A DNA stretch of 63,707 nt, the filler included, from Nemertoderma westbladi (Eukaryota; Animalia; Xenacoelomorpha): NCBI GenBank assembly GCA_032718475.1. It is 4 parts of 4 records of this genome, joined end to end, with 100 filler letters (N's around TTAATTAATTAA, not from the genome) between each part and the next. Parts side by side here need not be neighbours in the genome. Positions count along the whole stretch, not along the records: positions 29,078 to 50,266 come from JAUCBJ010003116.1; 3 more parts are not named here. One strand, given 5' to 3'. The stretch's first letter is position 1. Each line of letters begins with the position of its first letter. This document shows, piece by piece, positions 33,932 to 47,283 of the stretch. A model generated the notes under the pieces. It made no database searches and was not told where the DNA came from. It was given only the letters and a program-made list of their open reading frames with translations. A program made the translations under genes and the position numbers.

Positions 33932-36900
33932 GTCACATGAACTATACGTGCTACAACTCGGACATGTCGTTAGCGTTGGCGACACCCAGACCGTGTGGCG
34001 GCTCGTTCAAGTGCCCAGAAGGAACTCAATGCTTGAAAAGTGACGCCTGGAAAGGCCCAAATCGCGGAATTACAAACTTTAACAATATCGGACTCGCTAT
34101 GATTACGGTCTTCCAGTGCATAACAATGGAGGGATGGACTCAGGTGTTGTACTGGGTCAACGACTGCATGGGTAACAGCCTCAGTTGGATTTACTTTGTA
34201 AGCCTTATTATCATCGGCAGCTTTTTTGTGCTTAATCTTATCTTAGGTGTGCTGAGTGGCGAGTTCTCTAAGGAGAGAGAGCGGGCGAAAGCGCGCGGAG
34301 AATTTCAAAAACTCCGGGAAAAACAACAAATTGAGGAGGATTTGAAGGGATACCTTGACTGGATTACCCAGGCTGAGGATCTCGACCCCGAGGAGAGCGA
34401 CGAGGTTGATCCAGCGGTACTAGCCCCTGGCAGACACATCGTCCATTTGCACAAAATAACTGCTAGCGAGGCCGACTCGTCTGAGGATATGGGCAGTCAG
34501 TTTGACATGCCTCGTCAAGATACCCGGTGGGAAGAGAAACTCAAGTGGTTGCGGAAATGGAATCGCCGTTGTCGTAGAGGTTGTAGAAAGGTTGTTAAAT
34601 CAAGTCCTTTTTATTGGTTAGTTATAATATTAGTGTTTCTTAATACGGGAATCCTTGCTGTAGAACATTATGGACAGCCAGACTGGCTGGATGATCTCCA
34701 ACAAGCCGCTAATCTTGTGTTTATTACTCTATTCACAATAGAAATGATTATAAAGATGTATAGTTTGGGACTGAGCGCGTATTTGGTGTCGTTGTTTAAT
34801 AGGTTTGATTGTATTGTAGTGTTTAGTTCAATAATGGAAGTTATTTTAATCGAAGCAAATGTGATACCCGCTATAGGTATGTCTGTGCTGCGTTGTGTTC
34901 GTTTACTAAGAGTGTTTCGCGTCACAAAACATTGGAATGCCCTGCGCAATCTCGTGGCCTCATTGCTAAACTCACTCCGTGCTATCGCCTCTTTACTTTT
35001 ACTTATATTTTTGTTTATTCTTATTTTTGCCTTATTGGGGATGCAACTTTTTGGCGGCAAGTTTCTTTTTGATGAAACTTCTGACAAACCGCGGAGCAAT
35101 TATGACACGTTCTTTAACTCACTGCTCACTGTGTTCCAAATCATAACAGGTGAAGATTGGAATGAGATCATGTACAATGGTATCGACGCATACAGCGGGA
35201 TTACAGAACTAAAAGGAGTCCTGATATCTTCATACTTCATAATTCTGTTTATATGCGGCAACTATATATTGCTTAACGTGTTCTTGGCAATTGCTGTGGA
35301 TAATTTGGCTGATGCGGAGAGTCTAACCCAGGCTGATAAAGAGAAAGAAGAAAAGGAGGAGCAGAGAAAGCGAAGTAAAAATAAAGAAAAGTCAGCGGTT
35401 AAAGAGAATAACGATGGTAGCATTGGAATGAACCATGTTGGTTCACCGGACGCAGATGGAGCTGGCCACGCTCAGGATTCACACTACGCAGCGAAGGATG
35501 ACGACGGAGATACTGGCGATCAGTCTGGAGGAGCCCGGCCGCGTAGATCATCCGAGATCAGCATGGTTGACCCGGACGATGATAGTAAGAAACCAATCCC
35601 CGAAGGGACTTCATTGTTCGTCTTCAAGCAAAACAACCCATTACGAGTTTTCTTCTCCAAAATTATTAAAAATAGTTATTTTACAAATTTCATTCTTGTC
35701 TGTATTTTGATATCATCGGCATTATTGGCCTGTGAAAACCCAGTGGATGCAAATTCACAGGCCAATGTAATTCTCGGGTATTTTGACTACTTCTTTACAA
35801 CTATATTTACCGTGGAAATAATACTAAAAATTGTTGTTTTTGGGGTTGTGTTTCATAAAGGTGCTTTTTGCCGAAGTGCTTTTAACTTGTTGGATTTGCT
35901 CGTAGTTAGTGTTTCTTTAATTTCCATATTTGCAAAAGCTGATCAACTGTCTGTGATGAAAATTTTGAGGGTTTTTCGGGTGTTGCGACCTTTACGAGCC
36001 ATAAACCGAGCAAAAGGCCTTAAAACTGTTGTGCAATGCGTAATTGTAGCTATTAAAACTATTGGCAACATTGTACTTGTTATGATGCTACTACAATTTA
36101 TGTTTAGTGTAATGGGCATTCAATTATTCAAAGGTGCGTTCTATAGTTGCACGGATTCCATTATAACAAAAATGGAGGAATGCCACGGACCTTTTGTGCG
36201 TTATGTAGATGCAGACATAAACAATGCCCAAGAAATGGAGCGCGAATGGAAAGTGAACCCCTTTAATTTTGATGATTTGTCTCAAGCTATGTTGGCATGG
36301 TTTACAGTGACCACGTTCGAGGGTTGGCCCTTGTTACTCTACGTCAGTATCGACGCTACAAAGGAAGGTGAAGGTCCTCGATACCAGAACCGACCGCTAG
36401 TTGGTGTACTATTTATTATCTACATCATTGTCATGGCCTTCTTTATGGTTAATGTGTTTGTTGGTTTTGTCATCGTCACGTTCCAAAGTGAAGGGGAACA
36501 GGAATACAAAGACTGCGAATTGGGGCGGAACGAACGTCAATGCATAGAATTCGTTCTCAAATCGAAGCCTCAGAAACGATACATACCTAAAATACATTGG
36601 CAGTACAAGGTTTGGAGTGTGGTGACGTCACGTGGGTTCGAATATGTCGTGTTCATATTTATTATGGTGAACACGGTTCTTTTAGCAATGAAATATGATG
36701 GGCAAGAAGGGGATTATGATAAGGCAATGGGTATAATGAACATGATATTTACAGCTGTGTTCTTAGCTGAATTCGTTCTAAAAGTAGTCGCATTCAATCC
36801 AAAGAATTACTTTAGTGATTGGTGGAATGTATTTGACTTCATCATCGTCCTTGGCAGTATCATTGACATCTCCCTCGAGACTCTCGGTTCCGGGGAAGGC

Positions 36901-39099
36901 GAAAATGCCCAGAAAATACCAAGTATTACATTTTTCCGTCTATTCCGAGTTATGCGTCTTGTAAAATTGCTAAGCCGCGGGGAAAACTTAAAAACTCTTT
37001 TATGGACATTTGTAAAATCATTTCAAGCTCTCCCTTGGGTTGCTATGCTTATTGTGTTGCTATTTTTTATCTACGGTGTCATTGGTATGCAAATATTTGG
37101 CAAACTTCCATTGGATGAAAGCTCACCAATAAATAGCAATAATAATTTTCAGTCATTTCCACAATCATTACTTGTATTGTTTAGGGCAGCCACTGGTGAA
37201 GCTTGGCAAGATGTTATGTTGGCTTGTGCGTCAGTTGAGGATTGTGAAGGAGTTGGTGTTTGCGGGAGTATCTTCGCCTACCCATACTTCATCACTTTCT
37301 ACTGCATATGCGCGTTCCTTATTCTCAACCTGTTTGTTGCCGTTATCATGGACAATTTCGACTATCTTACACGCGATTGGTCAATTCTTGGTCCGCATCA
37401 TCTTGATGAATTCGTACGTGTTTGGTCGGAATACGACCCGGATGCTACAGGTTGCATTAAACACATAGATGTTATCGCTTTACTCAGAGAAATTTCGCCA
37501 CCTCTTGGTTTTGGAAAGTTGTGTCCCCACAGATTCGCTTGCAAGCGATTGGTCAGCATGAACATGCCATTGCTAGGTGATGGCACAGTGCGATTTAACG
37601 CCACTCTTTTCGCCCTCATACGAACATCACTAAAGATAAAAACAGCATCTGAGAATGTCACACTTGATCAAGCAAATGCAGAGCTACGAGTTGTAATCAA
37701 GAAAATTTGGAAAAGGACTCCGATCAAATTACTTGATGAGGTTGTTCCCCCAGCGGGTGGTGACGATGAGGTTACTGTAGGGAAGTTTTACGCTACTATT
37801 CTTATACAGGACTATTTCCGCCGGTTTCGGAAAAGACGCGAAGTGAAAGCGGGCACCCATACGGATAAATTGCAAGCAGGCTTGCGTACCTTCCTCGATC
37901 TGGGCCCAGAGTTAAAGAGAACTGTATCGGGGAATCTCGGTGTTGAAACTGAGGAGGATCCCGCGAAGAGTGAAATTCCAGAACATCGAAGACCCCACGG
38001 GTTATTCGGTGTTGTTTTCGACTCTATCAATGCTCGTCGGGCGTCTATGAGTCCCGTCCGAGCAAACTCTTTCAAGCAGTCGAAACATTCGCCAAGCAGC
38101 TCCCAAAAATTCTCCCCGGTTCGGGAGTACCCGAGTAGTGAGGAGCGTTCGAATCGCGATATGAGCCCGATTAGATCGTCGGTACCGAGACTTGTCGACA
38201 CCAACAAGTCGGGATACCCCGATGATGACGTCGATGGATCAATCGTAAGTAAACCCCCTGTCGTCAAGATGACACGAAGTCCCGCGCAAACCGGCCAATA
38301 TCCTCGACGCAAGAGTTACATCGCGGCGGACTCTAAGGGCAGGCACAAACACGGTAACCACAACGCGAGTATATCTACCGGGGGGAGGGACTACAGAGGC
38401 GTCCACGATTACTACGATCGAGAACGCGAGCAACCCGCCTTCGCATCATCACGCAGTTTCCATGGCGACAGTTCCGACGTTTCAGACAGCGGTGCGTACT
38501 ACTCCCCAGCCAACCCACCGAAAATTCACATATATTCCGAGAACGAGACCCCCTTAACTGATTCCTACTCGGAAACCTACAACTCTTTATCCCCACTGGA
38601 CGAGGACAAAGACAACCGCCATCACTATGGAGACACCAATCACCGTGGTAACCGGAATACCAATCACAATCCTCAAGGTTACGATCAAACTGTATTTGAA
38701 CCGTATTTCAGCGACGACCGAACATCAACATCGCCGGATTTGATGTCTCCCATCGATTACACCCTGAGTATAGCTAGCCCCGACTACTCCCCATCCCAAT
38801 TCTCCCCGCCCTCCCCCGATTACGCATCTTCCTCCCCCGATGAACTCGACTTCCATTCGCAACCCTTCCAGCGCGTGCGTGCCAAGGGACGACCCGGTTA
38901 CCATGGCGGCAAGCAACAGATGCTCGGAGTCCCGCAGGACGGGTTTCCTGCCTCGCCTAGGAACAGACGTTTCGGAAGTGTTTCGAACCCTCGCGATGTA
39001 GCAACAAGTGGTAACGCCATCGAGATGCATAATTACCGAGATTACCCGCATGGGGGCGTTGCCAGCCAAATAGCCCGTAAAGTTCACACGATGAGATGA
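33932..39099 (+). CDS. Cav1 alpha1 subunit (CACNA1C/D-like), single 5.17-kb exon from the domain I pore loop to the C-terminus
   Basis: TTTTAG|GT acceptor phase 1; EEEE filter (TMEGW, TGEDW, TFEGW, TGEAW); [21 protein letters not shown]; EF-hand GPHHLDEF; IQ motif [13 protein letters not shown]. Confidence 0.96.
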
Positions 39100-41982
39100 T
39101 AATTACAGAATATTTTTAACAGTTAATTAATTAATTACACAAACTTGAACCCACCGCATATTTTCCAAGAATTGTCTTATTCCTCAGAATTCATAACAAA
39201 TGCGAATTTTGATTTAAGACAGAAGTAGGTAATGAAATCAATTCGACACAAGAGTGGACGGTTTTTATACGAGCCTTCGATATTTAGTAATACTTAGTAA
39301 TTCTTTGTTGGTTTTACAACTAATTCTTCAAAGCAGAAGATAATCTCTGGTTTCATTTGATTGGAAACCATCACAGATCCACCAGTTACTCAGTTGAAAT
39401 ATCATTTGGAAATTATGATTCGATAAATCCATCGCTAATTGCCTTTAATAATTAATTAATGTGACAATTTAAATGAGATATTTTCTAGCGAAATTCGGAG
39501 CATGTATAAGTAAAGTTCTTCGAAGATCTCCCTCCCCAACTCATTAATACCACCTTGTGGGAGAATTCAACCTCAAATGTAAAAACATAAAATTACATAT
39601 ATGAAATTATTACTCCTATTATTATTAACAATATAATTAATTTTTTACCACTGTTTTGTTACTATTTAATTAATTTTTAATTATTATTCTTATTGTTTTG
39701 TTTTTCCAAAATGAATTATTATATTAAAAATTACCTCTTAATATTATTTATACGATTTGCCATATGTATTATTTTTATTACTAGAGGAAATATAGCCAAT
39801 TAATAATGCAGGCCGCGTGAATCTGGGGGGGGGGGGGGGGGGGGGGGTCCTCATGAAACCTATTGATAAAAGATTTTATCTTCATATATATTTATTAAGT
39901 AATAGTTATCCTGAGTTACGGGTTTGTATATTAAATTATAGTTTTATTATTATAATTTATTGTTTGGCTACAATGTTTTGTGACAATCAGCGATCTAGAA
40001 TAAACTAGCAGTTATGCAGCAACGTTATGCACTTATAGTCATGTAGATCATGACATATTGCACTGGCTCCAAATATGCGCTAATTTAATAAATCACGTGA
40101 TTTTATTTCAAGTACAATATTATGTAGCTACTAATTATAACTTGTAGTGAGTGGGTCGACATTTGATAAGCCTTAGAAAATGATTATAAAAATCAGGATT
40201 TTAATGAGTGATTTATTTTTTACATTCGTAGTTAGTTTATAATAATAATGTGAACAGTAAAATTTCTATTACAAATTTCTACAATTTCTATTGGATAATC
40301 TATATTAATTATAGTTATCTATATTGGGGCTGCTTGAGATTAACAGTTCATTGGAGGGTATTTTTCACTGAGATCACTAAATTACTTATGGTTTGTTTAG
40401 GCCAATGTACGAAATTATCAGATATTATTTATATCATTATAACTAATAATAATTATATATATTTACAGAAATATCCTAGCCAAAAATGATAACATATTTC
40501 ATTTTTTAAGAGTCACTTAACTTTTATTGTAGTTTTATTATTGACAGGTCAGGGGCAATTAATGGGTAATATATAATTAGGATAATTTTTTTTACATAAA
40601 GTAAATTTCTGAATCAATTTCTTAAAACCAATATAATTCTATCACTAATCACTAAAACTTAACTTAATATCGATCACTAAAACTTTATTAATTTTAAAAT
40701 AAAACTTACCAAATGTTGTGAATTTCGCATCGATTTTCCCCCTGTGTTACCCACCAATCACCCTGCAGGTACTACCGCTGCTTGCTCAGTTCAATGTCCC
40801 ACCGAAGTCTAATTAATAGACATTATTATATTTACAAGAGTTTATTGTTGTTAAACATCACGTGTACGTTGTGGGTCGGCCACGAACTCCAAGTCAACCT
40901 TATCATACGGTTTTTAAGAAATTTCTGAATTTATTTTCTACACAAAAATGTATGCTAAAGTTCACTGACTCCGTGGCTCGATCCACTTAACTTTATATTT
41001 TTTGAGGCACAATATAACTTTTCAGACCTTTGGAGTATGACATACGTTTTCTATTTAGGCAACCTCTTTATGATCTCTGCCTAAATGTACTCAACTACGT
41101 GACTCCATTGCTTATCATGTTACAACCAGTTTAAATAAATAAAGTTGCCATATCAGATTTTTTAATTTTCTATGTGGATGGTTTTTTATAATCTTTAGTG
41201 ACTGTTGTTATCCATTAATGAAAGTGTATTATAGGCTTTAAATTTTAAAATATGGAATCTGAAAGTGAATAATTTTTAAAAATTTATGATTCGCATTTAT
41301 TTATTAAAAAATGATAAAATAACGTAGAATTATTCAATATTTAATGCAGTGTATAAGTGTAATATGTGTTTATTTTTTAACAACTGAATATTAGCAATGA
41401 TGATTCATTTTGGTGCTATTTTTTAGTGCTGACCGGTTTGGTGTAATTAATGTTGGGCACTGCAATTATAATGGTTTGCGTGCGAATACTATTGGGTCAA
41501 CACAATACATAGTATAGAATAGGGTCATCGGAACCAATTTTGAATATTAGTAGCTACAGTCTGTTTTGAACTATGTTCACAATTCGTATTACATCGGCCT
41601 ACTAGGCCTGGCCTACTCTTTGTGCTTTTTTACATCGGTTAGAAATACGAGGGTATTTATTTATGGAAAATACAAATTCAATGTCAGTGTTCTGTAGTTT
41701 TTTTTTACGCGCCTCAATTCAGTGCACATTTGTTTAATAATACAAATTCCAATTAAACAATATTTGTTTTTTACACCCTAACTATATGGTCCAGAAGTTT
41801 AATGATTCAATGACACCCCCCCCCCCCCCCCCCCCCAACCCTCTATTTTCGCATTCAATCTTTAGCTACAAGCACTTGAAAGAGGTGTCTCCCTCGATAT
41901 GGCACTAGCAGTCGTACTGCAGTTATTACTCAACCTTAATCAACGCAAGCTAGGGAGGGTAGGGGAGTGTATGGGAAGGGAA

Positions 41983-42013
<31 letters not shown>

Positions 42014-42459
42014 GTAAAAAAAGCAATAAAATCCACCGCTGAAGTCAATACGAAGATGGTGTTTGCATAGCATATTAAACTTCATTGCGGCGTAAATTCC
42101 TAGAATTCGAAGTTTTATAATATCACCATAATAATATATTGGACTTGTGTGTGTAGAATCCATAACTTCTATCTTACAGAGGTTTCTGCCTTCGATGGCC
42201 AGAGAGTGTATTAAATTTATTACAATTATTATTATTTTATACATTTGTGATAAAAAGGGGAGGGGAGGGTATTTTTCGCAGGGCATTAAGCTACAACATA
42301 CTTCCTTGGGGGTATCAGGAGAGGGGTAAAGTGGGCAAGTGCATTACCCCAACATCTTTGTGGAGGGGCATCCCAAGAGCGGCAACCCCACTTGGATTTA
42401 AAATTCATTGTGAAAATGATGAATTCCGAGTTTTGTGAACTACTGTACACATATTGGCG

Positions 42460-42815
42460 GTGGCATTCGATTCAGTCGCTCAATCACGTATGTCCACCAC
42501 ACTTGTATTATATAGGATTCCTTATGAAATTATCGCAGTAATCAGATCAGTATACGATGGTTCGACAACATTTGTGTCTACTGTTGACGGTGACACAGAC
42601 AGAACCATTTGAAGTGTTATGGGGCGTCCTCCAGGGAGACACACTTGCGCCATTCTTGTTCATAATTGTGGTTGACTATGTTCTACGCATGTCGTTAGAT
42701 CATCATAATGATGATGGGGTGATGGTAACTCCACCTACTGGCTCCAGAAGTCGAGGAAATCCTGCCAAGTACCTAACTGATGACTTAGGAGTACTCTCAG
42801 AATCACTAGAGGGAC
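42460..42815 (+). mobile_element. RTE-like LINE RT fragment
   Basis: Near-identical to 54365-54732 (LQGDTLAP) with a deletion at FADD. Confidence 0.85.
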
Positions 42816-44639
42816 CGTTTGTGGCAGAAATAGTTTTGTTAAAGACATCATAGTATCTCAATGTGCAGCTTGAATGCAGAAGGCCGGTTATATTAGTAGA
42901 ATATTCTTAGCGGACTGAGATGCTCCTCTCACTGACCATCTGCAGATCGAACAGCTGCTGGTACAATGTCCCAAGTTGTAACAGGTTGTGCCAAAAAACA
43001 TTAGAAGACTAACTACGTGTTTATTATTTGTTACACGCCAGATGATGGCCCTCTCACACTTACTGAATGGAGTAAAAGCAAATGTCAAAATGGAAAACGA
43101 AAGGAAAAGCATGTTAATGCGAATAGCTGGTCAGCAGAATGATTTTCTAGTTTATATAGAGGAATGTTGAATTATGTTTTGGCAACATTAATACTGTGAC
43201 TGGAGTTGGGATCAGTTCTGATAGTTTTTGCCTTAAATTCCATTTTATAGCCACAGGATATCTGTTGGCCTAATTGCTTAAATAATTTGAAAACAGAAAA
43301 CAATGTTAATTGGAAAATAATATACACTTGATTACTAACTAACTTTTTTCAACAAAGTTAACAGATGCTTAGATTTGTAACTGAGTACTCGAATTCGTAA
43401 CTGGACATACTGATCTGTTCATGTCTGCTAAGATTTGTGACCAGGTGTTTAGATTTGTAACTTGGGACTTTGTAACAGATTCGTAATCAGGAACTGCACT
43501 TCCTAACCTTATGTTCAAATTCGTAACCCAGATCTCAGATTTGTAACCGAGCACTCAATATAAAATGATATTATATATTTACTATATCCTACATTTGAAA
43601 TAAGCAGTCGGTTCCTTATCGGGCCGCTAGGCTCGTCACTAGTTGTTTGTAACTTAACAATAGCCTTGATTGGTTTGTTGTATGAATAATATATATTATC
43701 ACAGGCCTAGGCATCGTTGTGCACCCTGCGCCCAGCATCCTGGTATATTTCTCAGAATAGCACTTCTAATGATTTCCCTGGATCAGGTAGCGCTGGTATG
43801 GCGATAAAATTTCAAGGCGATAATTATTATTCTAAGCCTAAATACTTTTAAAACCTAATATACCTAAATACTTTTAAAACCTAATATACCTAAATACTTT
43901 TATTATGTTTCACTTGGTTTTATGTATATTATGTAACCGAAAAGTGACGCAATGTCATTTGTCAATTGTAATTGTCAAGATATAATTTATGTAGGCCTTT
44001 TCACTAAATCTGTTTAATGGTATTTGATTTGATTTTAGATTGTTCGACCAGTTTTTACCTGCTGTACACGGTGCACATATATATACTATTAATAGCCCTG
44101 CCATTTTAATTTTAGCCGCCGGAGGGGTTAGTACGGTAATGAAATGAAATTGAAAATAATGAAACCACGTGACATTATTTTGTACGAGTCATTCTGAACT
44201 CGACTTTGTGACTAAAGGCTATCTTCGGTTAAGCAATTATTAAGAGTGTTTGGATTTTTTTTACATGTAACGATACTAATTCGTTTATTGTTTTGGTTAG
44301 ATTCAGCAATTCAGTTTTTATTAAAAACTTGTATCTTTCACATGGGGGTAAACTGCAAAGTGAAATATATACTAACAGAAAGTGTGATATACAGTATACA
44401 TCACATGTACTTAACCTTTCCTCTCACCAAACTGCCGGGGATTTCCAATGTAGACAATTCCCTGTCCTTTAGTTAACGGGGAGATATTTTTCTGATCGCG
44501 CGTGGATAGTATAAGTCTACCATCCAAATAATCAACAAGGCATCCAACGCAATTTTCTATGTCCTCCTGCGATAATGCAGATTTACAACCAGATATTTCA
44601 TTCACAAACAAAGTTAGGCCCCTATACCATTGTCTGGTT

Positions 44640-45000
44640 GCATTTCCCTGTGTGGAACATTCAGGTAGGATTCCTTCTGAAACCAATACTTAACGTAGAG
44701 CAGCGATGTGGGGGTATAACTCTCTAGTGACCACCACTGCACTGTTGGATATAATTATTTTGGAGCCGTGTCCTTAGCTCTGTTAACAATAGAGTCTGGT
44801 GTTCTACGTATTGGTAGTCCAAAATTCCCCGGAAGCCTAAAGATCCTAGCAGGTCCAAAATATTGGATGCCAAGTTAACTGAACTGTAAACCAAGCAGTC
44901 ATGAAGTTGAAGATAGGCCTTCTTAACGAGACGGTAGATAGGGAGATTCAAAATACGAATCCAGTACTAAATAATACTTAGTTTTCTGGAAATTGAGAGC
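44640..45000 (-). mobile_element. Degraded LINE ORF2 C-terminal fragment (clade uncertain)
   Basis: YRLVKKAYLQL..ILDLLGSLGF peptide resembling LINE C-termini. Confidence 0.35.
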
Positions 45001-46065
45001 AGAAAAGAACTGGATAAAATGACATATCGTCCAATATGCTAAACCGGGTTGCTTGCAAGTATAATCAACACAATACTCGTCTTGTCTCCTTGATTAGACT
45101 TGTTGCGCTCGTCCCGAAGGCCCCACGCAATTTCTACTTGGAAAATTTATAAACTTTTGCCAAACAACATGTGTACCAAGTTAGATTAGATTTCACCGAG
45201 GATTAGCCGAGTTATTAACGTTTAAAAACACGGATCTGCAGATCAACAGACACACTGAGTTGTGGTACCCGTATGCTAAGCTCACTTACTTTCGAGGCTC
45301 GCCCCACATGGGTTAATTATACGGTACAGAATTACATTAATATCATTCCATCACTGGTTATTTGCAAACACTTGCCCGTGCTGTATGCGTACGGTACCGT
45401 ATGGCACCCACAAACGACTCATCAAACAAGGCACCATATGGTTTCGCATGGCAGGCGTAAGTTCCCGGACCTTCCAACTGACTAAGTGGCAATGTCAATC
45501 AATCCCAAACAAACCCCCGGGGCAGAATAACACGGGGGAACACGGCCATTGTCAAATTAGATGGGGCGAGGGGGGGGGTGGTTACATAATGATGGGATAT
45601 GCAGGCGTTGTGCAGTAGACATAATTTATGCCACTTATTGATCATAAGCAACCATCAGCAGGGATTGTGGACGGGCGGGGGGCTGTTTGATGTGTCTCCC
45701 AAACGATTTACCCATCGGCATTCATGCCAGAATCAGCGTTTAAGCGGAATTTACTCTGGATATTCATTTATTATCTTCAATATATTTATTTTGTTCGCCA
45801 TCATGACAGGTGAATGGTCGGTTGAGACAGGGGTTTGGGGGGGGGGGGGGGGGGGGGGGGTGGCGAGGCAAATCCATTCTCGGCGAATTAATTAATATCT
45901 CGCATCAATGTTAAATTATCAATTAAAAAAAATGAGCAAGTTACAGTGACACGATATTCTAACAAGAAACACAAAAACAATAAAGGAAGGTCAATATCTG
46001 GGTCAGTTAAGAATTGGAATCGAGCCACGGTGGAAAATGTAGGCCACTTTTATACGGGGATGAGA

Positions 46066-46460
46066 CCTGGTCACTGACGAAATCACTTGAACACCGACTA
46101 CACAAGACTACTAATGGTTGTGAATGGCAGCCCTAAACATCAGCTGTAGACAACACATGACAAACTACGAGCTTTATGGTAAAATACCGCCTGTATCAAC
46201 CACCCTCCGTGAACGCAGATTAAGATTCAGTGGGCACTGCTGGCGAAGTAAAGACGAGGTCATACCAGATCTACTATTCTGGCAACCAACTCATGGAAAG
46301 CGTAGTCGTGGACGACCTGCCATAACATATATAGATCAACTTGAAAGGGATACTGAACTTGGGAAAAACGAAATTACGACAACTATTGAGAATCGGGAAG
46401 CTTGGAAGAATCTCATTTCCACTGTCCGAGCTCACTCGACCTAGTAGTAGTAGTAGTAGT
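46066..46460 (+). mobile_element. Second RTE-like LINE family, 3' end with (TAG)n tail
   Basis: RERRLRFSGHCWR..WQPTHGKRSRGRP; TAG tail 46442-46460; degraded relative at 51000-51340. Confidence 0.85.
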
Positions 46461-47283
46461 GGGCATAATAATTTAATTGACTTTGTTAGGGACAGAGAAT
46501 TTGATACCTTTATCACTCAAAATCTCAAAGTTTATTGAACTTTGAGTGAAATGAAATTCCCATATAATTCTGCTTATGCTACAAAAAAATAATTTTGAAA
46601 AAAAAATCCGGGAATATTATATAATTAAATTCAAAGTTCGATCAATTTTTGAATGTTAATGACATAAATTGCGCAAGAATTGTAGCATACTTTCAAAACA
46701 GCCTGCCACACAGAGAATTTACATTCTGTTTCCCACTAATAATTTTGTCTTTTTTCGAAGGTATAGATAGTTATCCAACTAAAATCCTGAATAGCAAAAA
46801 TATGTTAATTTTTCAAAAAAAATGACGAATTTCTGATTATGCCCAGTAGTAAGAGTTGGAAAATTGGCGAAACCAAAATAATAGTCAGGCAGTCAGATGG
46901 TGTACCGGAATCAGGTTAAATAAGAGCACCAATTAGAACAAATATAAAACAATATTTAGGTATACTAATGACCCTTGTTGCAAGAATACCCACGAAAAGA
47001 AAGTTAGGAGTTATTTTTCACAAAAAATAAGTTATTGTGTATCGATGTGAATTATTGTTATTTTTATAATTAAGGAGAAACGGGACTTAGTAAAAATAAT
47101 AAACATATAATTTATTATCAACAAATAATATTAAATCTATAAATAATTAAATCGTTCAAGCGATTTGCTACAAACCAACAAAACTAATTATAAAGGGAAA
47201 CAAATAAACAATAAATTATTTTTAAATTGATAATAGACGTTGTTGCTAATGAGGAGATATTGGAAATTAGCGGCACTGGAAGG

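Noticed and set aside
34668-39087. Antisense and alternate-frame ORFs within Cav1
   Set aside because: Shadow ORFs of a long coding exon with no recognisable motifs
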